Shown piece by piece: positions 20,555 to 30,169 of a stretch of DNA of 64,000 nucleotides. Within the stretch, counting starts at the first letter, position 1; each line of letters opens with the position of its first letter. The DNA is taken from positions 1,993,952 through 2,057,951 of the forward strand of contig CBDEGI010000003.1 in the NCBI GenBank assembly GCA_965237575.1, written 5' to 3'. The translations under genes and the position numbers were made by a program. A model generated the notes under the pieces. That model searched no databases, had not been told where the DNA came from, and worked only from the letters and a program-made list of their open reading frames with translations. Origin of the DNA: Bryobacterales bacterium (GTDB taxonomy: Bacteria > Acidobacteriota > Terriglobia > Bryobacterales > UBA6623).

Positions 20555-22048
20555 GTGGACGGAACCAACAAAAAGCGACGCGGCCGGGCACGGAAAGACC
20601 GCGACCTGCCTTTTGGTGGCGGCTCCCGAGGGAGTCCGCCCGAGAGGCCCGCGACGGAGCCGGAAGCCAGGGCCGACGACTTGACCGAATCCTCCGGCAT
20701 CAGCGAGAACCGGTTGGACACCAGGGTGCCCCTGGGCAGTACCAAGAAGCGGCCCGGCGATCCCGGCACCCATCCCTTTGACTACCCCATGGGCCACCGG
20801 CTGTTCCGGCCCAAGGAGTTCACCAGCCACAATGTGATTCTCCCGAACCCACAGCTCGCTTCCGCCAAGCTGCTGGCGACGGCCCGCTTCAAACAGCAAG
20901 AGATGGCTAACAGCGCTGCCGCGGGTGGAGCGACGGGTGAGTGGACTGTGCCCTCAGCCAACCTTTTGGCTGAAGAGAATCCAGGTTGGGCCGAGATCGT
21001 CGGGCGTGAGATTTCGAAGGTGAGAGGGCACGCAGCTCGTGCCGGCGTGAGGAACGAGTCGAAGTCGGACTCCTGGGGACTCGATCAAGAAGATATCCGG
21101 GCCAAGCCGTCGAAGCGGAAAGCCAAGCGGGCTGTGCCCGACGATTGGAGTTTTGACAGCCCCCTGCCCTACGGGCGGTTCAATCAGAAATCCCGGACGG
21201 GCCCGATCCAGTGGATGCGCGGTGCGTTTCAGCACCGGCGCGTTTCACAGGCCGTCGCGGCGGTGGTGCTGATCTTATTCGTCAGCAACCTGAATGTGCC
21301 GTGGAACTCGTTGTTCGAAGAGCAGGTCGACACATTGAAAGACGGTATCGTCGCGGCGATCAACAGCGTGAGTCAGCCGATTGAAGAGCGCGCAGCCTTC
21401 TTCATCGTCGACGACTTCAGCAACGGCATCGAAAAGTGGCTGTCACGCAGTGGCCGTTCCATAAACAGGAACGCCGAGGGGCTGATGGCGTCCGGCGACA
21501 TGTTCCTGCGCGACGACACGTTGCGCTTCTCCAGCTACCGCATGGACTTCAAGGCCAAGATCCAATCCGGTGCTGTCGGCTGGGCGGTTCGTGCTTCGGA
21601 CTTTGACAACTACTACGGCTTCAGGTTGGTCGAATCGACAAGAAACCGTAAGAGTTCGTTCCACTTGGAGAGATTCGCCATGGTCGACGGCGCGCGCACA
21701 ACGGCGATCAGCTCGGGCCGCATCCCGCTGCCGGAGGACTTGGCCCGCTCGGGCGCGTTCAACAAGATCTCCGTTCGAGTCCGTGACGAACAGATCACCA
21801 CGATGGTTAACGGGTGGGGCGTCGATTTCTGGCGCGACTCGCGGTTGCCGCGTGGAGGCGTCGGCCTGTTTGCCAACAGCGGCGAGGTTGCCCTGGTCGA
21901 GCAGTTCACGGTTACGGGCAACGACGACCCTTGGGGCCTGATTCTGTACGGTACGGTCGAGACGTTGCGCTCGGTGCGTGACCGCATTTCTTCCCCGGCT
22001 GTGCTCGTGTTCACCCCCGTGCCGTTGCAATACCTGGCTGCTCGCTAG
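20555..22048 (+). CDS. Hypothetical single-pass membrane protein: long basic/disordered cytoplasmic N-terminus, TM, extracytoplasmic DUF1080/LamG-like domain
   Basis: Third-position GC is high from the GTG onward. TM segment AVAAVVLILFVSNL. The C-terminal region GAVGWAVRASDFDNYYGFRL...ISVRVRDEQITTMVNGWGVDFWRD...GGVGLFANSGEVALVEQFTVTG resembles the concanavalin-like DUF1080 fold. The start codon is uncertain. Confidence 0.6.
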   Translation: MDGTNKKRRGRARKDRDLPFGGGSRGSPPERPATEPEARADDLTESSGISENRLDTRVPLGSTKKRPGDPGTHPFDYPMGHRLFRPKEFTSHNVILPNPQLASAKLLATARFKQQEMANSAAAGGATGEWTVPSANLLAEENPGWAEIVGREISKVRGHAARAGVRNESKSDSWGLDQEDIRAKPSKRKAKRAVPDDWSFDSPLPYGRFNQKSRTGPIQWMRGAFQHRRVSQAVAAVVLILFVSNLNVPWNSLFEEQVDTLKDGIVAAINSVSQPIEERAAFFIVDDFSNGIEKWLSRSGRSINRNAEGLMASGDMFLRDDTLRFSSYRMDFKAKIQSGAVGWAVRASDFDNYYGFRLVESTRNRKSSFHLERFAMVDGARTTAISSGRIPLPEDLARSGAFNKISVRVRDEQITTMVNGWGVDFWRDSRLPRGGVGLFANSGEVALVEQFTVTGNDDPWGLILYGTVETLRSVRDRISSPAVLVFTPVPLQYLAAR

Positions 22049-22315
22049 TTGTTCCACACGCGAGTGCAAGGGTCCACCACAACATGCGTTGAGCTGTCCA
22101 AGACAGCGCCTGCCGGGCGATGTTGGACAAGGTGAGTACTTTCGTTGCCAACAGCCAAGGCGGCTCGGGCAGGGTGGACCCTGCTTGTTCGCTCGTTGGT
22201 GTGCAGCGTGTGGCCGCTCGGTGCGTGCCGGCTTTTCCATCGCCCCTTTCGGCTGGGGGCGTTCGCGGAACGTAGCGGCAGGCGAGCAAGGCATGCCGTG
22301 CGCCCACATTCTGAA

Positions 22316-23446
22316 TCAGGCGGGCCTTCCGTCGATCCCAAAACGGCGGGGGTCCCAGACGGCCGTTCTCATCTCGTAGTGGAAGTCTTCTGAAACCTGC
22401 GTGTAGTAGGCGGTGACGACGCGGCCGTCGGGAAGCTGAACGCTGCTCGGGTAACCGCAGTCGGGCCGCGGGCAATCGGCGATGCGGATGGGCGGGCTCC
22501 AGGTCTCTCCCCGATCGTCGCTGAGCCGGACGTCGACGCCGAAGTTGTTCCAGCAGCGGTTGCCGTAGCTGAGCAGGACGCGCCCATCCGCCAGCAGAGA
22601 AAGATTGCTGGTAACCTGCATCGGCAGACTGAGCGGCATCTTGCGCTTCCAGGTGCGCGCGTCGTCTTCGGATGTGACTAACTCGATGTGCACGTCGCGC
22701 TTTTCCCGAAACTGGCGTGACGCCGCGAGCCAACTGCCGCCGCCAAGATGCAGGATGTCGGTCTCGTTGCCCTGGAGGTTGAGAGGGACGCGGTCGCCCC
22801 AGGTTCGTCCGTCGTCGCTGCTGCGGAGCAAGTAACACTCACGCATATTGTCCTTTCTGAGGTACGCGGTGGAGCAGAGCGCGCCATCGTCCGCCGCGCG
22901 AATGTTGCCAAAGGGGATGAGCTCGTTGTCTTTCCCCGCGGCGGTGTTGGGCGGCCCTGGAAACTCTTTGCGGAAGGACCAGGTTCGGCCGCCATCTGAG
23001 GAACGGCACACCCAGGAGCGAAGCACCCGCCGGTGCGGCCCGCTGAGTTGACCTTTGGGGCTGCGATCGGCCCAACCGCTGCAGAGAACGACGAGGTCCC
23101 CGTTGTTGGCGATGCCCCCGGAGCAGTTCATGCGGTTGGTGGTGGGTTCGTGTTCGGCGGCTCGTCCCCGGAAGCGCCAGATCTTGCCTTCGTCCTCGCT
23201 GGCCCAGCATTCGAGGTCGCCTTCCCAGAGGCCGTGGCAGGGCTGGTTGAAAATTAGCGCGACGAGGGAGCCGTCGCTCAGACGTTGGAGATTGGGCCAG
23301 GCGCAAACGCCCTGGACGGCCGCGCGATCGACGACCCCGGGCAGGGAAGGGCTTTGTGCGTTGGCTGCCGGGGGAATCGTTAAGGCCGGCGCGGCCGCGG
23401 CTGCCGCTCCCAGATGGATGGACTTTAACCAGTCACGCCGTCGCAT
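22316..23446 (-). CDS. BNR/Asp-box repeat glycoside-hydrolase-like (sialidase-fold) protein, Tat-exported
   Basis: Asp-boxes SSDGGRTW, SSDDGRTW, SEDDARTW, SDDRGETW and SEDEGKIW. Twin-arginine leader MRRRDWLKS...AANAQ. GGAGG lies 8 nt upstream of the ATG at 23446; the track start is 23530. Confidence 0.85.
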   Translation of the reverse strand: MRRRDWLKSIHLGAAAAAAPALTIPPAANAQSPSLPGVVDRAAVQGVCAWPNLQRLSDGSLVALIFNQPCHGLWEGDLECWASEDEGKIWRFRGRAAEHEPTTNRMNCSGGIANNGDLVVLCSGWADRSPKGQLSGPHRRVLRSWVCRSSDGGRTWSFRKEFPGPPNTAAGKDNELIPFGNIRAADDGALCSTAYLRKDNMRECYLLRSSDDGRTWGDRVPLNLQGNETDILHLGGGSWLAASRQFREKRDVHIELVTSEDDARTWKRKMPLSLPMQVTSNLSLLADGRVLLSYGNRCWNNFGVDVRLSDDRGETWSPPIRIADCPRPDCGYPSSVQLPDGRVVTAYYTQVSEDFHYEMRTAVWDPRRFGIDGRPA

Positions 23447-23544
23447 GAAAGTACCTCCCGAATGCCAAGTCGCTGTTGGCGTGGCGTAAGGCTCCATGAA
23501 CGGCCCGACACTCGCTGCCGGACTTGACACTGCTGCTCAGATGA

Positions 23545-24702
23545 TTAGCCCTCCAAGGGCAACGGAACTACTTCGCCCGTCGCCGCCGACTTGTAGGCGG
23601 CCAGCATCGCCTCGGAAGCTTGTGCCGCGTCGGACAGCGTGACCTCAGGCTCTTTGTCGTGCTCGAGGCAGTCGAGGAACATCGCCTGGTCAGAGCGCGC
23701 GGGGATCATGGGTGCCACGAACCAGGCCGCCTTGGGACGCGCCTTCGTTCTCTCCATCGTGCTCGACCAGAAACCCATCGGGTCGGCGGGATCCTCCGGG
23801 GGCGGGGCCCAGACATCCACGTCCGCTGCAATCTCCGCGCGTGGCGTATTGGCGTCGATCAGGACGCTCCCCTTCGTGCCGATGAGCCGCGTGAAGTTCG
23901 GTCCCGAGCCCGGATGGCTGCGCCAGCCGATGCGGCCGGCGCTCATGGTTGCGGTGATGCCGCCATCGAGGGTCACCGCCAGCGCGCCGAAGTCCTCGAC
24001 GTCGCGCCCGTGGTGCTCTTCGAAAAAGTAGTTCGCGCTCGTCGCGTACACCGATTCGAAGCGCGGGCCTCCGAGCAGCCAGCGAATCAACGTCAGCGAA
24101 TAGACGGCCGTCGTCCAGATCTCGCGTTTCGCGTCTGTGAAAGTGAACTGGCGGGGCGGGTAGTGCTCCTTGCGGGGCTGGCCGACGGGGACGCCGCCGG
24201 TGTAACCCTTCGAGAACATCAGGTCGCAGTGAATCGCGCGGATGTCGCCGAGCACGCCCGATTCGACGATGCGCTTGAGCCGCTGCGCGTAGGGCGCGCC
24301 GACTTGCGTGAACATCTGCCCGCGGAGGCTCTTGCGACGCGCGGTCTCGACCAGCTCGTTTGCGTCCGCCATCAGTGTGGCCATGGGCTTGTCGACGTAG
24401 ATGTGCTTGCCGGCGTTGGCGCAGAGCGTACTCACGCGGGTCCGCCGCTCGAACTCCGAGCAGACCGAAACGAGGTGAACGTCCGAACGGGCCAGCGCCT
24501 CGTTCAAATCCGGCAAGAGCGGAATGCCCATGGCGTCGGCCAACTCGCGGTTGAGCCGCGCGCGGCGCTCGTCGACGTTGCTTTCGTCCGTGAGCCCGAC
24601 GACCTTGGCCCGGGGATCGTCCTGAAAGCCGCGTCCGTAGTTCTCCTGGTGCGTCATCCCGCCGGTGACGAGTAGAACGCCGAAGGGTGGGGTCGGTGGC
24701 AT
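23545..24702 (-). CDS. Gfo/Idh/MocA family oxidoreductase (cytoplasmic)
   Basis: 385 aa with an N-terminal Rossmann-like segment and the family-typical C-terminal alpha/beta domain. No signal peptide. Confidence 0.85.
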   Translation of the reverse strand: MPPTPPFGVLLVTGGMTHQENYGRGFQDDPRAKVVGLTDESNVDERRARLNRELADAMGIPLLPDLNEALARSDVHLVSVCSEFERRTRVSTLCANAGKHIYVDKPMATLMADANELVETARRKSLRGQMFTQVGAPYAQRLKRIVESGVLGDIRAIHCDLMFSKGYTGGVPVGQPRKEHYPPRQFTFTDAKREIWTTAVYSLTLIRWLLGGPRFESVYATSANYFFEEHHGRDVEDFGALAVTLDGGITATMSAGRIGWRSHPGSGPNFTRLIGTKGSVLIDANTPRAEIAADVDVWAPPPEDPADPMGFWSSTMERTKARPKAAWFVAPMIPARSDQAMFLDCLEHDKEPEVTLSDAAQASEAMLAAYKSAATGEVVPLPLEG

Positions 24703-24741
24703 GGGGCGTTGAGAGGACCGGGACAGGGAGATTGTAGCGCG

Positions 24742-25512
24742 TCAGCGCTCGAGCACGAGCCGCGCGTTGTCGGCAAAGATCGCCTTCTGCTGCGATTCGC
24801 TGAGGCCGGCCTCCGTCACCTTCAGCAAGGCGGATTCGAAATAGAAGAACGGAAAGTAGGACCCGAAGAGCACTCGATCTTCCGGTACTCCCTCGAGCAG
24901 GCCGCTGATACCACCGACCCCTTCGAGCATCGCGAAGTCAAAATAGGCTTCGCCGCTATAGGTGAGCCTACCGAGCAACTTGCCCGAGGGCTCCCGCTTC
25001 CGGTTCTGAATAACGAGCCTAAGGCCTGGCGTCTTTCTCATCACGGCGAGCAGCGGCGCGGTGTCAACTTCAGCAACACGCACCAACGGATGCTGCGTGC
25101 GAATGTCCTCCATGTTGAGCGCGATCTGGACGATGAGTCCACGCTTGGCCGCGAGGCCGGCAAGCTCGGCAAACCGCGGGTCGTCGAGTTGATAGCCGTG
25201 ATAGTTCGGATGCAGCCGGATGCCGCGCATCTTGTGGTCTTCATGGCATCGGCGCAGGTCCTCTTGCCAATCCGGGAGCGCGGGGTTGACCGAACCGAAG
25301 GGCAATAGGCGGCCCTCGCCGTGGGCGGCGCAATCCTCGGCGAGGCGTGTGTTGGTGGCTGCGAGGTCTTCGTGAAGGAGGGCGTCGAAACTGCCCGCCC
25401 ATGCCTGCTTGACGTTGTGTTCCTCGAGCTTGGCGACGAGGTCGCGTGGTTCGTCGCCGGGCAGGCGGCGGAACGGCCAGTGGGACAGGTAGACGTTGGT
25501 GTCGACAATCAT
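24742..25512 (-). CDS. Amidohydrolase-2 (TIM-barrel metal-dependent hydrolase) family protein
   Basis: 256 aa. The N-terminus MIVDTNVYLSHWPF and overall pattern are typical of PF04909-type hydrolases. Confidence 0.8.
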   Translation of the reverse strand: MIVDTNVYLSHWPFRRLPGDEPRDLVAKLEEHNVKQAWAGSFDALLHEDLAATNTRLAEDCAAHGEGRLLPFGSVNPALPDWQEDLRRCHEDHKMRGIRLHPNYHGYQLDDPRFAELAGLAAKRGLIVQIALNMEDIRTQHPLVRVAEVDTAPLLAVMRKTPGLRLVIQNRKREPSGKLLGRLTYSGEAYFDFAMLEGVGGISGLLEGVPEDRVLFGSYFPFFYFESALLKVTEAGLSESQQKAIFADNARLVLER

Positions 25513-25659
25513 GGATGACGAGGTTGCCGGCCGCCGGATGCCGGGGACTTCTGAACAAGGATGACGCGCCCGGTTGGCTCAAGGGGCAGCGCACCCGTCA
25601 CTGGCGTTCCGGGCTCGGTTTCTCCCATTGCCGCCGGTCGGATGGAGGTCGCGACCTGC

Positions 25660-28600
25660 CTAAGCCGACCGGAAGGAACGTGCATAGCGTCGATCGGGTG
25701 ATGCAGTACTCGGTGGGTCGGTCTCGACCGGAACGCCGTTTCGCAAGCGTACCACTTCGGTAGCCGAGCTACTGATTCGCCGTCCCGGCAGCACGGCGCC
25801 GATCAGATTGAGCGGATCGGCGGCGCCGAGCACGACGTCTTCGTCTTTGGGCGGGCTGCGGCGGACCGAGCGCAGCAGATCCACCGCTTCGGGCAGCGCG
25901 AACTGCTCGCCGACGAACGCGGAGGCAAAGCGTCCGCCGCGAATCTCACCGCGCGCCTCCATGCGGCGCAGGACCACCAATAGATCCCGCCAACTCGGCG
26001 CCAGCGACTCACGCTGAACCATGTCGCGGAACACGACGCCCCAGCGTGCCAGTAGCTGGCGCGCGAAAGCCTCGGTGGGGTCGGTGTCCGCGGGCGGGCT
26101 AGGGTCAGGTGCGGTTGTTTCTTTCAGAAGCGCCCAGCGCCCAGCGGCATGCCGCGGACGGGCGTTGCGGCCCCGGCCCTCGCCGCGCCGCCGTTTCGGG
26201 TCGGTCAACGCCCGCAGGTTCTCGAATCCATCGGCACTCACCAATCCGGCGGCCACCAATTCCCAGAGGCCGTCTTCGACCTCGCTTGGCAGGCGTCCGG
26301 TGGCACGCACGAGATCGGTGAAAAACGAAGCGCCGCGGCCCTTGAGTGCGCCGAGCACCTCACGCGCCGGATGTGACAGAGCCTCCCGCGTTTCGGAATC
26401 CGCCGTGGCCTTGCTCTCGCGGAGCAACCACCCGGTGTCCTCGCGCAGGAAAACGGTGATCGGTGCAGCGCGGGTAGGCCGCACTCGGCGGTTGCGTGGC
26501 TGCTCTGTCGCGGCGTCGCCGGCGGCGTTCGCGGACTCCTCACCGGATGGCGCGGTAGCTAACGACGGAGCTGTGAAGGCCGGATGAGGCGACAAGCGGC
26601 CCCACGTGACTTCGCCCGCCAGGCACAACCTATCCAGTAGCTCCGGTTTGTAGTCGACGATACGCCGGGGCAGAATCTGCGACTCCCACGCGGCGGCGGG
26701 AATTTCGTAGCCCTGAAGCTGCTTGACGACTTGCAGCACGCCGTCCACGCCGTGTAGCCGCGCGCCGAGCGTGGCGTGCTGCCAGCGCAGCAAGAAGCGC
26801 ATGAAGTCGGCTGAGCTGACGGGCTCGATTTCTCGGCGCAGCCGGCCTAGGGTCAGGCGGTGGATGCGCGCCAGCAGCCGCCGGTTGGCCCATTGGGGCT
26901 CTTTGCTGTCCGACTCGTTGTCACCGTCGCTCGCGAAGCGACCGCGGAGGATTTGCCCTTCGGCTTCGAGGCGCGCCAGTCCGGCCTCGACCAAAGTGCG
27001 CGGCAGCGATAACCGTTCGGCCAGCCCCGTGGCCGCCGCCGGGACGGTCGAGTCAAGCCAGCCGCGCAGGACCTCCGCGGCTGCCGACTCGCGCGAGTCC
27101 GGCGTAGCACGGCCCGAATCGACGGCTTGGATTTCAGGTGATCGCTCGGCGCCGGGATGAAGCATGCCAACCCAGCCGAGCCGCTCGGCGGCAACCCACA
27201 TCGGTGCGCTTTCCACCCACAGGGTCGTCGCGCGGCGGTCGCGGCAAAGCGCTTCGTGGAACTCCTCCCACTCCGGGACCGGCGGCAAAGTCACCAGCGT
27301 CAGCAGTGCGTCGTGCAGCTCGTCGGCGTCACGTACCACGGGCCAGGCTTCGTCGGCGACCTGGGCGACCGCGTCGGCGTCGAGCGCGGCCGGTCCGTCG
27401 AGCATGTCGGGGCTGAGCGAGCGCCGCATCTGTACGGCCCGCGCGCGGCGTTCTTCGAGCGGGGCGTCGTCGAGATAAGCGTAGGGGTTGGCGTTGAGAA
27501 TCTCGTGCGAGAACGGCGACGGCTCCGCGGTCTCGATTGCGACGGTTCTGATCTCGCCCGCCTCCAGCCGCGCCACGAGCGCGCGCAGGCCGTTGAGGTC
27601 CATGGCCTCGTAGAGACAGTTGTCGATCGTCTCCCGCACATAGGGGTGGTCGGGTATGCGGATCTCGCCCGTCAGGTTCTCCGCGCACGCCGCCTGGTCA
27701 GGGAAGACAGCCGCCATCAGATCGTCGGCTCGCATGCGCTGGATCGGTGGCGGTACCTTGCGGCCGCCGCTGAAACGAGGCACGGCCAAGGCGCGCGAGA
27801 CGTTCCAGCGCCAACGCGAGTTGAACATCGGCGAATCCAATAGCGCCTGCGTGAGCACGTGATCAAGCGTGGCGACGCGCACGAACTCGAAGACCAACTC
27901 GAGCGGAAACGCGTGCTGCTCGGTTAGCGAGATCACCAGGCCGTTGTCGGTGGCGGCCGCTTGCAACTCGAGGTTGAAGGTGCGGCAGAACTTTTTTCGC
28001 AGCGCCAGGCCCCAAGCGCGATTGATACGCGACCCGAACGGAGCATGCACGACGAGCTGCATCCCGCCGGCTTCATCGAAGAAGCGCTCGGCGACGACCG
28101 TGTCTTGCGAGGGAAGTGCTCCGAGAGCGCCGCCGCCGGCGCGAACGTAATCGACGATCTGATCGGCGCCGCGGGCTTCGAGGGAGCTTGCTTCGATCAG
28201 GAAGTCCCGGGCGTCCGTACCGTTGCCCGTACTGTTGGATTCCGGACGCAGGCGTTGCCATACCCCTTCACGAACCGCCGAGACCTCGCGCGACAGCTCG
28301 ACCGTGCGTGCCGGCGCTTCACCAAGCCAGAACGGGATCGTGGGTGCCGCGCCATGAGCATCCTCAACGCGCACTCGGCCCGGCTCGACCCGCCGGATGC
28401 GCCAGGAGGTGGTTCCCAGCAAGAAGATGTCGCCGACGGAGCTTTCGATGGCGAAGTCTTCGTCGAGCGAACCGATCTTCGTGCCCTCCGGTTCGGCGAC
28501 GACAAGGTATTGCGCGTTGTCCGGGATCGCGCCGCCCGAGGTGATCGCTGCCAGCCGCGCGCCACGCCGGGCTCGCACGCGACCGTTCACGCGGTCGCGG

Positions 28601-30057
28601 TGGAGGTAGGCGCCGCTTCGTCCGCGTGACGTAGCTATGCCCTCCGAGAGGATGTCTACAACAGCGTCGAAGTCTGCCTGTGAGAGGTCTCGATAGGGGT
28701 AAGCGGCACGAACGAGGGCGAGCAGATCTTCTTCGCGGTAGTCATTGCAGGCGACCTCGGCGACGATCTGTTGCGCCAGGATGTCGAGCGGCGCGGCAGG
28801 AATCTCCAGGCGGTCTAGCTCACCCTTGCGGATCGCCCGCACCAGCGCGGCACATTCGACGAGCTCATCGCGCGTGGTCGGGAAGAAATGCCCTTTGGGC
28901 GTGGCGCCGACCCAGTGTCCCGACCGCCCGACCCGCTGCAACGAGACGGCGATCGAACGGGGAGAGCCGATCTGGCAAACCAGATCGACCGTGCCGATGT
29001 CGATGCCCAACTCCAGCGAGGCGGTTGCGACGACTGCGCGCAATTGCCCTTCTTTCAAGCGCTGCTCGGCGTTCAGGCGAAGCTGCCGCGAGAGACTGCC
29101 GTGGTGAGGCAGCACGACGTCTTCGCCAAGCCGTTCTTGAAGTTGATGGGTCACGCGCTCGGCCAGCCGCCGAGTGTTAACGAAGATCAGTGTGGTGCGG
29201 TGGGCACGAACTAGCTCCGCGAGGCGGTCGTAGACCTCGCCCCACATCTCCGTACTCGCCACGGCGGCGAGTGCATCCTTGGGGACCTCGACGGCCATCT
29301 CGAGCTTGCGGCGATGGCCCACGGAGATGATGCGTCCTTCGCCGTTGGCGAAATCGCGGCTCAAGAAACGGGCCACCTCGTCGATGGGATTGACGGTCGC
29401 GGAGAGCCCGATCCGCTGGAGCCGGCAGGAGGCGCTCCCGTTTTCGCCCGGCTCGTTTTCGCCGGCGCCGCTTTGGCTATTGATGAGCGCTTCCAACCGT
29501 TCGAGCGAAAGCGCCAGGTGCGACCCGCGCTTATCGTCCGCCACGGCGTGGATCTCATCGACGATCACCGTGCGGACCGTTTTGAGCATCTTGCGGCTCT
29601 TCTCGGCGGTTAGCAGGATGAAGAGCGACTCGGGCGTGGTAACCAGGATGTGCGGCGGCTTGGTGAGCATCTTCTGCCGCTCCCACGCCTTGGTGTCGCC
29701 GGTGCGGACGGCGGTTCGGATCGCTGCTGGCTCGACGCCTCGCCGGGCTGCCAACTCGTAGATCTCGCGCAGCGGGCGCTCGAGGTTTTTCTGGATGTCG
29801 TTGCTGAGTGCCTTGAGCGGCGAGACATAGAGGACGGTGGTCTCGTCCGGCAACGAGGCAGATCGGGCGCGTCGCACGAGGTCATCGAGACAGAGCAAGA
29901 ATGCCGCCAGCGTCTTGCCCGACCCCGTCGGCGCCGAGATGAGAACGTCGCGCCCGGAGCGGATCTCGGGCCAGCCCTCGACCTGCGGCTCGGTGGGAGA
30001 GCCGAGCTGGGAGGTGAACCATTCGCGGACCAGAGGGTCGAAGTATGTCAGTGGCAT
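25660..30057 (-). CDS. lhr: Lhr-type ATP-dependent DNA/RNA helicase (large helicase-related protein)
   Basis: 1465 aa. N-terminus F.P.V..WF...G.PT.PQ, motif I APTGSGKT and motif II VIVDEIHAV, followed by the long Lhr-specific C-terminal extension. Confidence 0.95.
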   Translation of the reverse strand: MPLTYFDPLVREWFTSQLGSPTEPQVEGWPEIRSGRDVLISAPTGSGKTLAAFLLCLDDLVRRARSASLPDETTVLYVSPLKALSNDIQKNLERPLREIYELAARRGVEPAAIRTAVRTGDTKAWERQKMLTKPPHILVTTPESLFILLTAEKSRKMLKTVRTVIVDEIHAVADDKRGSHLALSLERLEALINSQSGAGENEPGENGSASCRLQRIGLSATVNPIDEVARFLSRDFANGEGRIISVGHRRKLEMAVEVPKDALAAVASTEMWGEVYDRLAELVRAHRTTLIFVNTRRLAERVTHQLQERLGEDVVLPHHGSLSRQLRLNAEQRLKEGQLRAVVATASLELGIDIGTVDLVCQIGSPRSIAVSLQRVGRSGHWVGATPKGHFFPTTRDELVECAALVRAIRKGELDRLEIPAAPLDILAQQIVAEVACNDYREEDLLALVRAAYPYRDLSQADFDAVVDILSEGIATSRGRSGAYLHRDRVNGRVRARRGARLAAITSGGAIPDNAQYLVVAEPEGTKIGSLDEDFAIESSVGDIFLLGTTSWRIRRVEPGRVRVEDAHGAAPTIPFWLGEAPARTVELSREVSAVREGVWQRLRPESNSTGNGTDARDFLIEASSLEARGADQIVDYVRAGGGALGALPSQDTVVAERFFDEAGGMQLVVHAPFGSRINRAWGLALRKKFCRTFNLELQAAATDNGLVISLTEQHAFPLELVFEFVRVATLDHVLTQALLDSPMFNSRWRWNVSRALAVPRFSGGRKVPPPIQRMRADDLMAAVFPDQAACAENLTGEIRIPDHPYVRETIDNCLYEAMDLNGLRALVARLEAGEIRTVAIETAEPSPFSHEILNANPYAYLDDAPLEERRARAVQMRRSLSPDMLDGPAALDADAVAQVADEAWPVVRDADELHDALLTLVTLPPVPEWEEFHEALCRDRRATTLWVESAPMWVAAERLGWVGMLHPGAERSPEIQAVDSGRATPDSRESAAAEVLRGWLDSTVPAAATGLAERLSLPRTLVEAGLARLEAEGQILRGRFASDGDNESDSKEPQWANRRLLARIHRLTLGRLRREIEPVSSADFMRFLLRWQHATLGARLHGVDGVLQVVKQLQGYEIPAAAWESQILPRRIVDYKPELLDRLCLAGEVTWGRLSPHPAFTAPSLATAPSGEESANAAGDAATEQPRNRRVRPTRAAPITVFLREDTGWLLRESKATADSETREALSHPAREVLGALKGRGASFFTDLVRATGRLPSEVEDGLWELVAAGLVSADGFENLRALTDPKRRRGEGRGRNARPRHAAGRWALLKETTAPDPSPPADTDPTEAFARQLLARWGVVFRDMVQRESLAPSWRDLLVVLRRMEARGEIRGGRFASAFVGEQFALPEAVDLLRSVRRSPPKDEDVVLGAADPLNLIGAVLPGRRISSSATEVVRLRNGVPVETDPPSTASPDRRYARSFRSA

Positions 30058-30169
30058 GGTCGGCGGACCGTGTTACCACCCTAGCGCGAACAATCCGCGA
30101 AGGCCACCGTCCGCCGGAAGGCTCCCTGGCCGGCACCCCTGGGGGGCCGCAAGTTATGGTCGTCCGAAT

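Noticed and set aside
29837-30169. 5' extension of the IS630 transposase ORF back into the Lhr coding region, which would make a 431-aa protein
   Set aside because: This part is antisense to the conserved Lhr N-terminus and shows no resemblance to the IS630 HTH domain. The frame is merely open, and transposase similarity begins only around 30170.
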